This document shows positions 18,584 through 28,800 of a stretch of DNA of 64,000 nt, in pieces. Source of the DNA: a virus. The notes beneath the pieces were generated by a model. The model was not told the origin of the DNA and did no database searches. It saw nothing but the letters and a program-made list of their open reading frames with translations. The stretch's first letter is position 1, and each line of letters begins with the position of its first letter. The position numbers and the translations under genes were made by a program. The stretch covers positions 1-64,000 of IMG/VR virus record IMGVR_UViG_3300002461_000401. One strand, written 5' to 3'.

Positions 18584-19248
18584 GACGGGACCTCGGCCTC
18601 AGCCTGTTTCTTCCCGTTGGCTCGGGAGACGATAGTCCAGATCACGCCAGCGAGAGCCAGGATACCCAAAGCCAGAGCGACATACCCACCTTGGCCGATC
18701 CAGCGTTGAGCCTGATCCACGGAAGGAGCGTTTTCGATCAGACCAGCGCCGATGCTGCCGACAGTGGCCAGACCCGTCAGGACGCTGCCCTGAATGACGC
18801 CAGACTTCGACAGAGGAGCCACAGCGTTCGGGAGAGGCACACTGGCCGGCCAACGAATGCTCGTGACCCTGGACGGGTCGTAGCTGGCGATGCTCACCCG
18901 GTTGGACTGGTTCCCACCGAGGATAAGCCACTTCCCATCACGCTGGCCGGCGTAGAAGCCGACATGGCCACCACCACTGCGGGTGAACGTCACGATCGCG
19001 CCATAGACCGGCTTCTCGATCGGAATCCCCCAGGACTCATAGGACTTCGCCCGAGCACTCGCTGTGCTGACCAGACCGGCCTTCGTCAGGCACCAGGACA
19101 CGAAGCTGGAGCACCAGGGGACCTCGTCCTCCTTGGCCTTGAGCGTCGTGATCGCGTGGTACTCGAGAATGCGGGCGTTGTGACTGTTGCCAGTCAGTTC
19201 GGCCTGGCCCTGCTCGTCGAGTGCAATCTGCATCCAGCTGGGATTCAT
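18580..19248 (-). CDS. endolysin, TIGR02594-family (NlpC/P60-like) cell-wall hydrolase with C-terminal hydrophobic anchors
   Basis: Motifs NARILEY, VPWCSSFVSWCL, GHVGFY and LGGNQSNRV. The C-terminal 70 aa has two hydrophobic segments (VLTGLATVGSIGAGLI, YVALALGILALAGVIWTIV). Confidence 0.8.
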   Translation of the reverse strand: MNPSWMQIALDEQGQAELTGNSHNARILEYHAITTLKAKEDEVPWCSSFVSWCLTKAGLVSTASARAKSYESWGIPIEKPVYGAIVTFTRSGGGHVGFYAGQRDGKWLILGGNQSNRVSIASYDPSRVTSIRWPASVPLPNAVAPLSKSGVIQGSVLTGLATVGSIGAGLIENAPSVDQAQRWIGQGGYVALALGILALAGVIWTIVSRANGKKQAEAEVPS

Positions 19249-19253
19249 CGGAG

Positions 19254-19517
19254 TTACTCCCTGAAGAACATCTTGATGCCGGTGCCGGCGATTAGAAGCG
19301 CCAACACGCCGGCTGTGACCGACTTCCAGACCGTCTGGATCACGGTCTTCTTGGTGTCCCGAAAGACCTCGAGAAGACTGCGAAGTTCCCGCACGTCATT
19401 GGCGGCGTCTTCGTCATGAAGACCAATCGAAGCGAGAGCCTTTTTGGCTCCCTCTTCGGCGGCTCGTTCGACCAGCAGTTGGAGAAGTGGGTCGGTAATC
19501 CTGTGGTCGGCGATCAT
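19254..19517 (-). CDS. holin-like small membrane protein
   Basis: 87 aa with a single C-terminal TM (VTAGVLALLIAGTGI), immediately upstream of the endolysin. Confidence 0.35.
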   Translation of the reverse strand: MIADHRITDPLLQLLVERAAEEGAKKALASIGLHDEDAANDVRELRSLLEVFRDTKKTVIQTVWKSVTAGVLALLIAGTGIKMFFRE

Positions 19518-20011
19518 TGGAGGATTTCCTGCGCGCGAGTGGGAGAAAGCACGCCAAGAGCAGTCGCCAGAGCTATGAGATCATGGGCTTCTTCGCTGTC
19601 GAGATTGGCGCTGCCTTGCGCCATTACCCGCATCGCCCCGGCTTGCATGCGAGGATCAGCGACCCACAACGCCGCCATCTCTTGCGGAGTGAAGCGGCCC
19701 AGGAAATTAGTGGCGCTCACCACACGCGGCGAGAGCGAGGCGACGCGGCCTAGCGCCTCGCGCGGGTCCGGGACCATATCAGCAGGCACCAAACCAACAC
19801 CGGGCGGGTAGGGCAGCGTCTCGGTTGAGCGGATCAGCGCGGTCCACGTCACCGCACCCTGGTATTCGCCCACCACGGGCGGGACGATGCCCAGGATATG
19901 CGCGGGCGGCGTGACAGCCGACTCGCCTCCGGCAGGCACCCAGCCGAGCGTGGTCAGGGCCTCGCTCATCGCGGCGGGAGAGCCGTGCCAGTATTGGTCG
20001 AAGATGGTCAT
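19514..20011 (-). CDS. hypothetical protein downstream of the LamG tail fibre (possible fibre accessory/assembly protein)
   Basis: 165 aa, GC-rich codon usage like the adjacent fibre gene. No recognizable motif. Confidence 0.4.
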   Translation of the reverse strand: MTIFDQYWHGSPAAMSEALTTLGWVPAGGESAVTPPAHILGIVPPVVGEYQGAVTWTALIRSTETLPYPPGVGLVPADMVPDPREALGRVASLSPRVVSATNFLGRFTPQEMAALWVADPRMQAGAMRVMAQGSANLDSEEAHDLIALATALGVLSPTRAQEILQ

Positions 20012-20020
20012 GTGCGGCTC

Positions 20021-21256
20021 CTATGCAGCCAGGGAAAGGAATTGAAGCTCAGCGTCGGAGACGCTGCGGGGCAGGACGCGCAGGGTGTTGATGGTGCCAA
20101 AAATGCTATCGCCGCCCGGCCCTTGCCCAATATTCAGTACGGTCATTCCTGTAGTTGGGCCGCCAGTAACGGATTGAACTACACCGCCGTTGAGTGAGCC
20201 CGCCACGCTACCGTCTCCCCTGATAGTAAGGGCTAGTCGGAAAGGCGCTCCTGCGGTCAGTGCGCCCAAGTCAGGGGCGGCGAGAAACGCCCCGGCATTC
20301 TGCCGCCCAATACGCAACGCAGTAGCCGAAGCGCTGTTGTAGGCGACAAACCTATTCGCACTTGATCCATTATCTATTTGGGCGATTGTATGAGAAGTCC
20401 CTGAATTGACTTGCGGCATCATGAAACGCCCGACCAGCGTGCAAGCCCCACTCGCTGGGATGCCCAGCGCGGCAAGAGGCGCGGCGGCATTGTCCGCGAG
20501 GCGCGTTGTGACGCCGGGGACACTTACGGGTGGGAGGATGGGGGAGGAGGCGAAGGCACCAAGCTCAAGCTGCGGCAGCGCCCGGAAAACCGAAATATCA
20601 ATCGGCACGCCCGCAGTATAGGGCAGCCGGATGCGGGGCTGTAAAAACGCGGCAGTGGGGGCCGTAATAGTGCCAGTTGACACAAAACGCTGTAGCGCGC
20701 CGGTTAGAGCGATTGCCGTGCTCGGTAGGTTTTCAACGCCCGCACCCGCCGCCGTGTTTGCGATTGGCGCCACGGTCAGCGTTACACCAGCCATCGAACC
20801 GGCGAAAAGCGAGCAGAATACGGATTGAGTCCACGTTTGCCCTGCGGCAGCAGGGACAGCCATCGTGCTCGTGAAAACAATAGCCATGGCAGACGTTGCG
20901 GTTGGTGTCCCGGCGTAGCGGATCACAACGCCCGCCACCCCCTCAACCGTCGCCAGGGAAAGCGTCCGAGTAATGCCGTGCTGCTCAGGAGATCCCCATC
21001 CGGTTGGCTCTGTGCCGGGTGCCCCCGCCACCGCCCCCTCCGCGCGAGGATTCGACACGGCGTTCTGCCGCTGCCCCTCCAGCAGAAGCCCCTCGCTGGT
21101 CAGGCGCGGGACGTTGTTGCCGAACTCCCGCAGGACGCCGCCATCAAAGACCGTCGCGGCAGAGGCGCGGGAGAAATTGGCGGCGGGATGAAGGTAGTTG
21201 GGGCCGACAATACGGATACCGCGTTGCCCGTTATCGTCTAAAAGCAGAAAGCTCAT
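20021..21256 (-). CDS. tail fibre / host-specificity protein with C-terminal LamG (concanavalin-A-like) domain
   Basis: 411 aa. The C-terminal ~170 aa (CTLVGRFMMPQ..ANRFVAYNS..LRIGRQNAG..LALTIRGDGSVAGSLNGG..INTLRVLPRSVSDAELQ) resembles a Laminin-G-3-like jelly roll. Compositionally distinct from the backbone. Confidence 0.55.
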   Translation of the reverse strand: MSFLLLDDNGQRGIRIVGPNYLHPAANFSRASAATVFDGGVLREFGNNVPRLTSEGLLLEGQRQNAVSNPRAEGAVAGAPGTEPTGWGSPEQHGITRTLSLATVEGVAGVVIRYAGTPTATSAMAIVFTSTMAVPAAAGQTWTQSVFCSLFAGSMAGVTLTVAPIANTAAGAGVENLPSTAIALTGALQRFVSTGTITAPTAAFLQPRIRLPYTAGVPIDISVFRALPQLELGAFASSPILPPVSVPGVTTRLADNAAAPLAALGIPASGACTLVGRFMMPQVNSGTSHTIAQIDNGSSANRFVAYNSASATALRIGRQNAGAFLAAPDLGALTAGAPFRLALTIRGDGSVAGSLNGGVVQSVTGGPTTGMTVLNIGQGPGGDSIFGTINTLRVLPRSVSDAELQFLSLAA

Positions 21257-21870
21257 GCGATGGGCCTCGCCACGAGAACAATATCACGACTGGCTGCCTG
21301 AATGACCGGAGCAGCGCCTGTGCCCGATCGAACTCGCACACGATCCACACCGATAAAAAGCCGAGGATTAAGGGCAAAGCGCCGAGAAGCGGTCGTCGAG
21401 ATGGAACCAGCAGGAATCAACACTTCGAGCCCCTGCTCGTCGTAGAGATCTGCCCAGGTAGCACCATTGTTCCGGCTGACCTGAAAAGTAATAGCAGCCG
21501 ATGTCCAGGCCGCAGGCGTCCACAGGCCCACTGGAACGCTACCATCCAGCGCCGCGGCACCTGTAGCCAATCCAGTGGCGAGCCCACTGGCGATGTTCTG
21601 GGTTTGCTCAGAACGAACTGTTTCGGTGCTGACCTGTACTCGAGCTGCGCGAAGCTGAGCATCTGTGAGAGGACCGGCGACATTCACAGGTGTCGCGCGC
21701 ATTTCAACATTGGTCATCGGACCCGAGACCGGCACAGGAGCAGATCGAAGCTCTTCGTCAGTCAGAGGACCAACTACCGGAAGGCCACCGACAGGAGCAG
21801 AGACGGGGATACCATCCGCAATGTCCTCCAGAATCACGTTCTGGTTCCGCGCGGGAGGAAGCTCGGGCAT
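21253..21870 (-). CDS. tail-fibre-associated protein with three GPLTDxxLRAxPVxV repeats
   Basis: 205 aa. Repeats: GPLTDEELRSAPVPVS, GPMTNVEMRATPVNVA, GPLTDAQLRAARVQVS. Confidence 0.45.
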   Translation of the reverse strand: MPELPPARNQNVILEDIADGIPVSAPVGGLPVVGPLTDEELRSAPVPVSGPMTNVEMRATPVNVAGPLTDAQLRAARVQVSTETVRSEQTQNIASGLATGLATGAAALDGSVPVGLWTPAAWTSAAITFQVSRNNGATWADLYDEQGLEVLIPAGSISTTASRRFALNPRLFIGVDRVRVRSGTGAAPVIQAASRDIVLVARPIA

Positions 21871-21966
21871 GATAAACCCCTTAACTCTGCTGTTGATCAG
21901 ATCACGGTGTTGTCTCCGCTGACTTCGTTAAGCACGATACCCAAGTGTTCGATATTCAAATTAGAC

Positions 21967-24207
21967 TTAGAGACCACTAGACGGAACTGTGACCTTGCAG
22001 AGTCGAGGACGAATGATAGTGATCGTCCCAGAAGCCGGCTGTGTCTCGCAGTCAAACGAGAACTGCCAGACCATCTGCGCGTAGAATGCCGTCTCGCCGG
22101 CCGCAGGTGTCGGCACTGTGATGATCGGCAGACGGACGTGCATGTAGCGATCCTCTGTGTGGTGGTGGTTGTTTCGGATGTACTTCCAGGGAAAGAAGCT
22201 CTCCGCTTGAGCCAAAGACGAGATCACCGCCGAGTAGGAAGCATCATTGGTGAAGTCGATGCTGAGGAGGTTCAGCGCCACTCGGGCTGCACAGAGATTG
22301 GGTGTAAGCCCGGTGTACTTCAGGATGCAGTCCATCATCAGACGTTCTCCGGGAGCGAACGGAGGTGTAGGCCAGGGAGCCTGGGGGAAGACCTCATAGC
22401 CGAAGCCGTCCCAATGGTTGTGCTGGCCCTCGGCCACGGTGTAGCGCGCCACGAAGGCACAGTTGTTCTGCGCTGTGTCGGGCCCGATGATCCCCGCGGC
22501 ACGATTAAAGGTCAGAGCGAAGCCAGGCTCATTTGAGAAGGTCCGGCCGTTGATGCTGAAGTTCTCGGTTGTGATGGCCGTCGTCAGGCAACCATCCGCC
22601 CAGGTCGCATCCGTCTGGTAGGACATAGGCGCAGGCTCAGGCCGGCTGTTGAGCGTCGAATAGGTGAACCCGTTGAAGTTCGAGAAGCTCTCGGTGTCCG
22701 AGTTCGAGGCCCGATATATGAACCAGTAGTCAGGGACCTGGCCGTGTTGATAGCCGCTGCCTTGGTTCGTATGAACGTCCTTCGTGATGCCTGTAATGGC
22801 CGCAAAGCTCGGGTTGGCCACAGGCGCACCAAGGCCAATGGCTCGACCAAGAACCAGAGCCGAACCAGGAGCACGAGCAGCAGAGGTGCCCTTGGCGAAA
22901 GTCTTGTTCAGCATCAGGTTGGGCCCGAAGCTCAGCTGACCCACACCAGCAGCATTCCCACCCTCGACGTTCTCCGAAGGAGAAGCAGGGATACCGGCGT
23001 CCTTCATCACCCGGGCCATCTCCTTGCCCAGGACGTAGGCTGCAGGCGGTGCCATGTGCAGACCGTCGTACATGAAGCGCAGACCAGGCGCGTCTGTCCG
23101 GTAGTTGCCGGGTGTGAACGGGATGTAAGAGCCAGTGGTGATACCCGACGCCGGTGAGAGCTGGCCGGCAGGATCTGTTGGAATGCCAGGCAGGATCGTC
23201 GGCGTAGGACCCACCATCTTGTCCCAGGCATCGACCAGGAAGATGTTGTTCGGGATGTCCTTCCTGGGAGCCGGCGTCAGCCAATCCCGCAGACCCTCAT
23301 TGACCGCCAGGATGCCCTGCATGATCTGAGCGACTTCGGACTGCATGTAGCCAGCACCAGTGGGAGAGAATTGAAGCAGATCCGCAGTGCGAGGCGTGAT
23401 GGTGCAGAGGAAGACCCACTTGCCAGCCGTGGCGAACTGCGTGGCGTAGCCCATCAGATTGGCCAGGATGGCCTGCGGCCTCGCATTCACCGAGATGTCG
23501 TTTGTCCCGCCCATGATCGTGACGAGATCGAATTTGTCGAGGTAAAGTAGGGCGTTGTACATCGGGCCGCGGTTGTTGGCCGTCACTCCCGGAATGGGAG
23601 CCGGGTCAAAGTTCTCCACCGTCCACTGGCTCACCTTCGACGAATAGATGGCGAAGTTGTAGCCGACGTTCGGGCTTGTTGCGTTGGCACCAGGGTTGGT
23701 GTTCGGCTGCAAAGCGGCCTGAAGCGAGAAAGCGTTGCCCAGGATCTGGTTCGCATAGCTCACCGCGCCGGTCATGCCAGTGCTGTAATACTCGTTCCGA
23801 ACCGCGGTCTTACCCGACACTGTGGTAGCTGACGGCGGGTTCCACAGGTTGTTGGCATACATGATCGAGTCCCCGAGGATCGCCATCCGACGGCCAGGGA
23901 ACGGAACTGCAGGGTAAGCCACCGGCGCAGAGATCACGCACTCATCGCTGAACTGGACACCGAGCACAGCTTCACGCGGGTTAGACAGCACCAGGCGGAA
24001 CTTCCGCGAGAGCTTGCTCATGGTGTCCCCTACCACACGCACAGTCACGCTCCGCGAAGTCGTGCCAGGAGCGAAGGTCAGCGAGCCAGTGGTGATAATG
24101 TAGTCCCGATACCCGACTGCTGTGTCATCGACCGTGGTGAAATCCACAGTCACCGGCACTGTGCTGGGGGAAGAGAGAACGACGTTGAAAGTAGCAAGGT
24201 TGATCAT
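21967..24207 (-). CDS. tail enzyme: N-terminal Calx-beta-like module + SGNH/GDSL hydrolase (probable polysaccharide deacetylase/esterase)
   Basis: 746 aa. Calx-beta-like VPVTVDFTTVDDTAVGYRDYIITTGSLTFAPGTTSRSVTVRV. SGNH blocks: AILGDSIMY (GDS), GGTNDI (GxND), YDGLHMAP (DxxH). Confidence 0.7.
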   Translation of the reverse strand: MINLATFNVVLSSPSTVPVTVDFTTVDDTAVGYRDYIITTGSLTFAPGTTSRSVTVRVVGDTMSKLSRKFRLVLSNPREAVLGVQFSDECVISAPVAYPAVPFPGRRMAILGDSIMYANNLWNPPSATTVSGKTAVRNEYYSTGMTGAVSYANQILGNAFSLQAALQPNTNPGANATSPNVGYNFAIYSSKVSQWTVENFDPAPIPGVTANNRGPMYNALLYLDKFDLVTIMGGTNDISVNARPQAILANLMGYATQFATAGKWVFLCTITPRTADLLQFSPTGAGYMQSEVAQIMQGILAVNEGLRDWLTPAPRKDIPNNIFLVDAWDKMVGPTPTILPGIPTDPAGQLSPASGITTGSYIPFTPGNYRTDAPGLRFMYDGLHMAPPAAYVLGKEMARVMKDAGIPASPSENVEGGNAAGVGQLSFGPNLMLNKTFAKGTSAARAPGSALVLGRAIGLGAPVANPSFAAITGITKDVHTNQGSGYQHGQVPDYWFIYRASNSDTESFSNFNGFTYSTLNSRPEPAPMSYQTDATWADGCLTTAITTENFSINGRTFSNEPGFALTFNRAAGIIGPDTAQNNCAFVARYTVAEGQHNHWDGFGYEVFPQAPWPTPPFAPGERLMMDCILKYTGLTPNLCAARVALNLLSIDFTNDASYSAVISSLAQAESFFPWKYIRNNHHHTEDRYMHVRLPIITVPTPAAGETAFYAQMVWQFSFDCETQPASGTITIIRPRLCKVTVPSSGL

Positions 24208-24217
24208 GACACAGACC

Positions 24218-25867
24218 TCAATCGAAGAGCGGGAGCAGCAGGTTCATCTTCAGGCCTTGGACTGATGCAGCGTCCACACCCTTCAAGAGACCACCAAGAG
24301 GATTTCCGCTCTCAGGGTTGAGGGCGAAGTAGGCGAAAGACATGCCTTGGCCACCGACAGGAATGACCGAAGAACCGTCGTTCCGCTGGCCGTTCATGTA
24401 CTTGACCAGGCTCTGCATCCACTGGATCTCGTAGGTGGCTGAGGTCTGGTTGGAATCTGCTCCACCAGAGATCGCGTCGATGGCGAACCCTCCACCGAAC
24501 TCACCCACGAAAAGGGGAGCGATGCCCTCGTTGTAGATGAAGCCCCAGTACTCATCCCGGCGAGCTTCGATATTGTTCGGGTAGTTCGGCACCACTCGGT
24601 TGGCGAGCGTCGGATAGGGAGTGCCGGCCGTCTGCGCGTTCGCAGAGAGCCAGGGCTGATCCGAGACGCTGTGACCGTACTCGTGCGGGGTGTAGCAGAC
24701 CTTGTTCTGGGCGCTGACCGTCACAGGACGGGTGCGAACGTCCTTGAAGTAACCACCCCACCAGAACTGATCGTCCAGGCCGAGGTTCACGCCGTTATTG
24801 GCCACACCACCCACGACCATCATCCAGTCAGGAGCGATCGCGTGGACCTTGGGGAAGAGCCGCTCGCACATGCCGGCCCAGACATTCCAGGTGACGTTGT
24901 GCGGCTCATTGTGCGGCTCGAAGCCCCAAATCACGTTCTTGAGCTTCGGATCCGTGGCCCAGACGCCGGAGGTGCAATAGGTGGCCAGGCTCTCCCAGAA
25001 GGAGCCCCAGATCGTCTCGGTGTAGGTCCGAGGCGTGCTCGAGCCGCCGTAGAGGAAGGTGTCCGTGGCCAGGTTCATAGTCGGCCAGCCGTCCGTGCCG
25101 AAGCCGCTGTCACCCTCGCGGATCGGATCCACGGAGATCCGGTGGTGATCCAGGAGAATGCGAACACCCACTTCGGCACAGTATTGAGCCATCTTGGTGA
25201 AGGCCTGCATCGGCGTGAGACCAACCAGGTCCTCGTTCACATTGCCGACGAACAGGTCACCCGAGGTGTTGTTGAAGACAGCCGTCGAGGTGATCATGTC
25301 ATCGGCGAAAACGAACCGGATGCAGTTGAACCCCAGGCCGGCGATCTGGTCGATGATCTCCCGGTAGGCGCGGCCGCGGTACAGACCCAGAGGGATCAGG
25401 TTGTTGGTCTCATTGCCGTACCAGTTGATGCCGCGCAGCCGGACGATCTGACCGTCGCTGTCCACGAACTGGTTCCCAACCGCCGAGAGAGGCTTCAGGA
25501 TCGGAGCTGCAGGTGCCGGAACCATGGACTGGAAGCTGACCGTGAGCTGGAGCGCCGCGGAGCCAGGGATGACACACTCACCGAACTCATTGCTCGTCGG
25601 GAAGACAGCGTTGATGGGCGCACTCAGCACACAGCGGAAAGCCTCGGTAGCAGCGCCGGCGAGATCATCCCGAACCGAGACCTCGATCGTCTTGGAGACC
25701 TCACCCGGGGCGAAGCTCAGCGTGCCCGACTTCGAGACGTAGTCCACCCCAGCAGTGGCCAGGCTGGCTCCACCTGTCGCGGTCCCATTCTGGGTGGTGT
25801 AGGAGACCGTCACCGGAACCGTGCTCGGACCAGACAGAGTCACGGTGAATGTAGCTTTGCGGGGCAT
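24218..25867 (-). CDS. tail enzyme: N-terminal Calx-beta-like module + glycoside hydrolase family 5
   Basis: 549 aa. Calx-beta-like VPVTVSYTTQNGTATGG..DYVSKSGTLSFAPGEVSKTIEVSV. GH5 signatures: GFNCIRF, LLDHH, FEPHNEP (acid/base), HEYGH, VGEFGG (nucleophile). Confidence 0.75.
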   Translation of the reverse strand: MPRKATFTVTLSGPSTVPVTVSYTTQNGTATGGASLATAGVDYVSKSGTLSFAPGEVSKTIEVSVRDDLAGAATEAFRCVLSAPINAVFPTSNEFGECVIPGSAALQLTVSFQSMVPAPAAPILKPLSAVGNQFVDSDGQIVRLRGINWYGNETNNLIPLGLYRGRAYREIIDQIAGLGFNCIRFVFADDMITSTAVFNNTSGDLFVGNVNEDLVGLTPMQAFTKMAQYCAEVGVRILLDHHRISVDPIREGDSGFGTDGWPTMNLATDTFLYGGSSTPRTYTETIWGSFWESLATYCTSGVWATDPKLKNVIWGFEPHNEPHNVTWNVWAGMCERLFPKVHAIAPDWMMVVGGVANNGVNLGLDDQFWWGGYFKDVRTRPVTVSAQNKVCYTPHEYGHSVSDQPWLSANAQTAGTPYPTLANRVVPNYPNNIEARRDEYWGFIYNEGIAPLFVGEFGGGFAIDAISGGADSNQTSATYEIQWMQSLVKYMNGQRNDGSSVIPVGGQGMSFAYFALNPESGNPLGGLLKGVDAASVQGLKMNLLLPLFD

Positions 25868-25881
25868 TGCTCTGTCTTTCT

Positions 25882-28800
25882 TCAGCTATGCGAGACGACG
25901 AGATCGCGGAGTTCGGCAGCGACATACTCACCAGCACCACCACTCGCCGGCGTAGCCTGAGAATAGGCACCAGCCTTGAAGTACCAGGTGTTGACGCCGG
26001 CTGTGGCCACAAGATCACTGGAAGTGACCAGAGGCGTAGTCATGTCATTGCCGAACACTGTCACCACACCTCCAGAGACCCGGATCTTCCACGAGAACTC
26101 CGTCCCCATGACGTAGTCTTCGTAGATCCGCGCCAGACCAGTCGATGTTCCATTCACACGGATCAGGACCTTGGTGACACCCGAGATAAGCTGAGTACGG
26201 ATGCAGACACGATCGGCATCACCATTGAACAGCTGAGCGATGATGATCTCAGGGTCAGCTGCAGGCAGGTGGGTGATCTTGGTCTTGCCGCTCATCTCAT
26301 GCGTGCCGACCAGAGCGTTATAGGCAATGTTCGTCCCGAACTTGTCCACTTCACGGAGCTCGCAGCGAGCGAACGTCGTGGAACCAAGGACAGGAGCATC
26401 CAGCGCCACACGCATCTGGACCCGCTTCACGCCGGCGACATCGGTCACCTTGAAGTAGGGATCCTCGGTGTAGCCGGCCATCAGGTTGCCCATCGTGTAG
26501 ATCTTGGGACCTGAATCACCTGTCCGAGCCATCTGCAGCTCGAAATGGTTCTGAGCCGCATCCACACCGATGTTGAGCACACGCGCCGGCGTGAACGTCT
26601 CCACCGTCGAAGAGAGCTCTCCGATGGCAGTCAGCATCTGCAGAGGTGTCGGGTTCAGCGGCCCAGCAGGGATCGAGCTGGTGTTCGGGGTACCCAAGAA
26701 CGACCAGATGCCCAGACCAGCCTTCGGATCGGCAGCCAGGAATGCCTTGTTCGCTGCGATCTCGAAGACCGAGGTGGGGGCTTCCGAGCCACCATGGACG
26801 GCCATACCCAGAACCAAGGGACCACTCCAGAGCGCCCGATAGGCGGTGAAGGCTTCCTGTGGGTTGTAAACGTCCGTGCTGTCGTAACCCATCACGAAGA
26901 TCAGATCGACCTTCGACGCCGAGGCAGAGCCAAGGAAGTTCACCATGTCGCCGCCCAGGGACCATTCCGGCTGGGAAGCTGTGAACTGCCCAACCCGGTA
27001 GGCACCCACACCGAAGGCAGCCATGGTCAGGATCTTCGGCCGCGGCAGGACAGCTCGGATCGAGTCCACCGCCGAGACGTAGCGCGCATCCTCCGTGCAG
27101 CTGATCGTCCCACCAGTGACCGTGCAGACGCCCGGGAGCTCGATGTCTAGGTCCACACCATCGAAGCCGATGTCAGCCACTAGATTGGCGATCGCGGTCG
27201 GGTTCAGGGAGTTCCAGTTGGTGGACGTGGCGAAGGAAGATCCACCCACCGAAAGCAGGACCTTGATGTTGGGGTACCTGGCGTGCAGAGCCGTCACCGC
27301 TTGCTTGAGGTTCAGACCCCCAAACGACCAGTTCAGGCCGGTGTCGCTGATGTTGTACGAGCCAGCCGTATAGGTGAGGTTCGGCTTGGCGAAGGACACA
27401 TTCACGACGTCCACATTGGACGGCATGGCAGTGACCATCAGCGAGTCAGCCCCATCTGCCACAGAGGGATCAGCCCAGGTCTCGAAATAGACCACCACCG
27501 GCCGATCAGGGATCAGCGACGGAACCGACACAGAAGGCTGGCCAACCTGACTTGTGCTGGCAATTCCGGCGACAGTGATCGACTGAGGCGAGCTCGAGCC
27601 CGAACCAGTGATAGGAGCAGGGAGAGCTTCCACAGGTGTGGGTGCCGGGTCGAAGAACCGGTTCAGGAAGCCCGTGAGCTTGTCCGTGCGCTCCGTGACG
27701 TAGTCGGTCTCGACCAGGCCACCGATCACGTCAGGCACGAAGCCCCAGAAAGCGGTACCGATCCGGCGCGAATGGCAGTAGTCGGCCAGGCGGTGCAGCC
27801 ACTCTTGGTCCATGGCCTTGGCTTCGGTCGTGAAGCCGGCATCTCCGACACGCCAGGTCGAGCCGAACTCACCGATCCAGACCGGTGCGATGTTCTCCTC
27901 GGCGAGGTAGCCCCACTGCTGACGCCAGACCTCGAACAGGTTGGACGGGAAGCTCTTGCCCTTGAGCGACTTCGTGAACCAGTTGGGAGGACCAGCTTCG
28001 TGGCCATACTCGTGCGGAGAGTAGGCGACCTTGTTCGGCTCGATGCCGGGTTCAGCCGAGCCAATGCGAAGAGCAGGGTCACGAACCTTCTGCAGGTAGC
28101 CCGACCAGATCGAGCCCCAGGTCTTCTCGCCCTCGGTGAAGGTCTCGTCGAAGTTCCAGGCATCCTCGGGAGGTGTGCAGCTGCCTTCGCAGATCAGCAT
28201 CACATCCGGGTTGATGGCGTGGATCTCCTTGCCCACGCGCTCGTAAAGAGCGACCAGGCCGTGATCCAGGTTGCGAGACCAGGTGGAGTTGTACGGCTCG
28301 TTGAGCAGGTCGAAGGCGCAGACCACCGGCCGGTTCTTGTACCGGTTGGCGTAGAACTTCCAGGCCTCGATGTAGCTGGTCTCGTTCCGGCGAGCACCGT
28401 CGATCCAGCGGGTCCAGCGATCACCCGACTCAGCGCCGAAGCGTGTGGCCGTGGTGTACCACTTGCCCTGGGTCGTGTTGATGTTGCTGTTGTCCGCGGC
28501 CAAGCAGTGCATGTCGAAGATGATGCGAAGGCCGATCGCCTCACAGTGATCGACCAGCTTGTCGAGGATGGTGATGACGTCGTGCGGGACGATGTAGCCC
28601 GTCATGACATCCCGGGACTTCACGAGATCCGGGTTCAGGTCCGCATTGATGAAGGTGCTGTTCCACGCCGGCGTCTCGGGAGCTGTGCGAGCTGTGAAGA
28701 ACTTCCCTTCGGAGTCCGTCTTGGTCATGTCCACGCTGACCAGAAGTCGGATCGAGTTGAAGCCAAGGCGCTTGATCTTGTCGAGCATGCCCTCTTGGGT

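Noticed and set aside
25885-26600. Calling the C-terminal domain of the giant protein a bona fide alginate lyase and inferring an alginate-producing host.
   Set aside because: Only two of the three PL7 signatures are present. The QIH histidine is missing (AQLF), and substrate and host cannot be deduced from motifs alone. It is reported as PL7-like.
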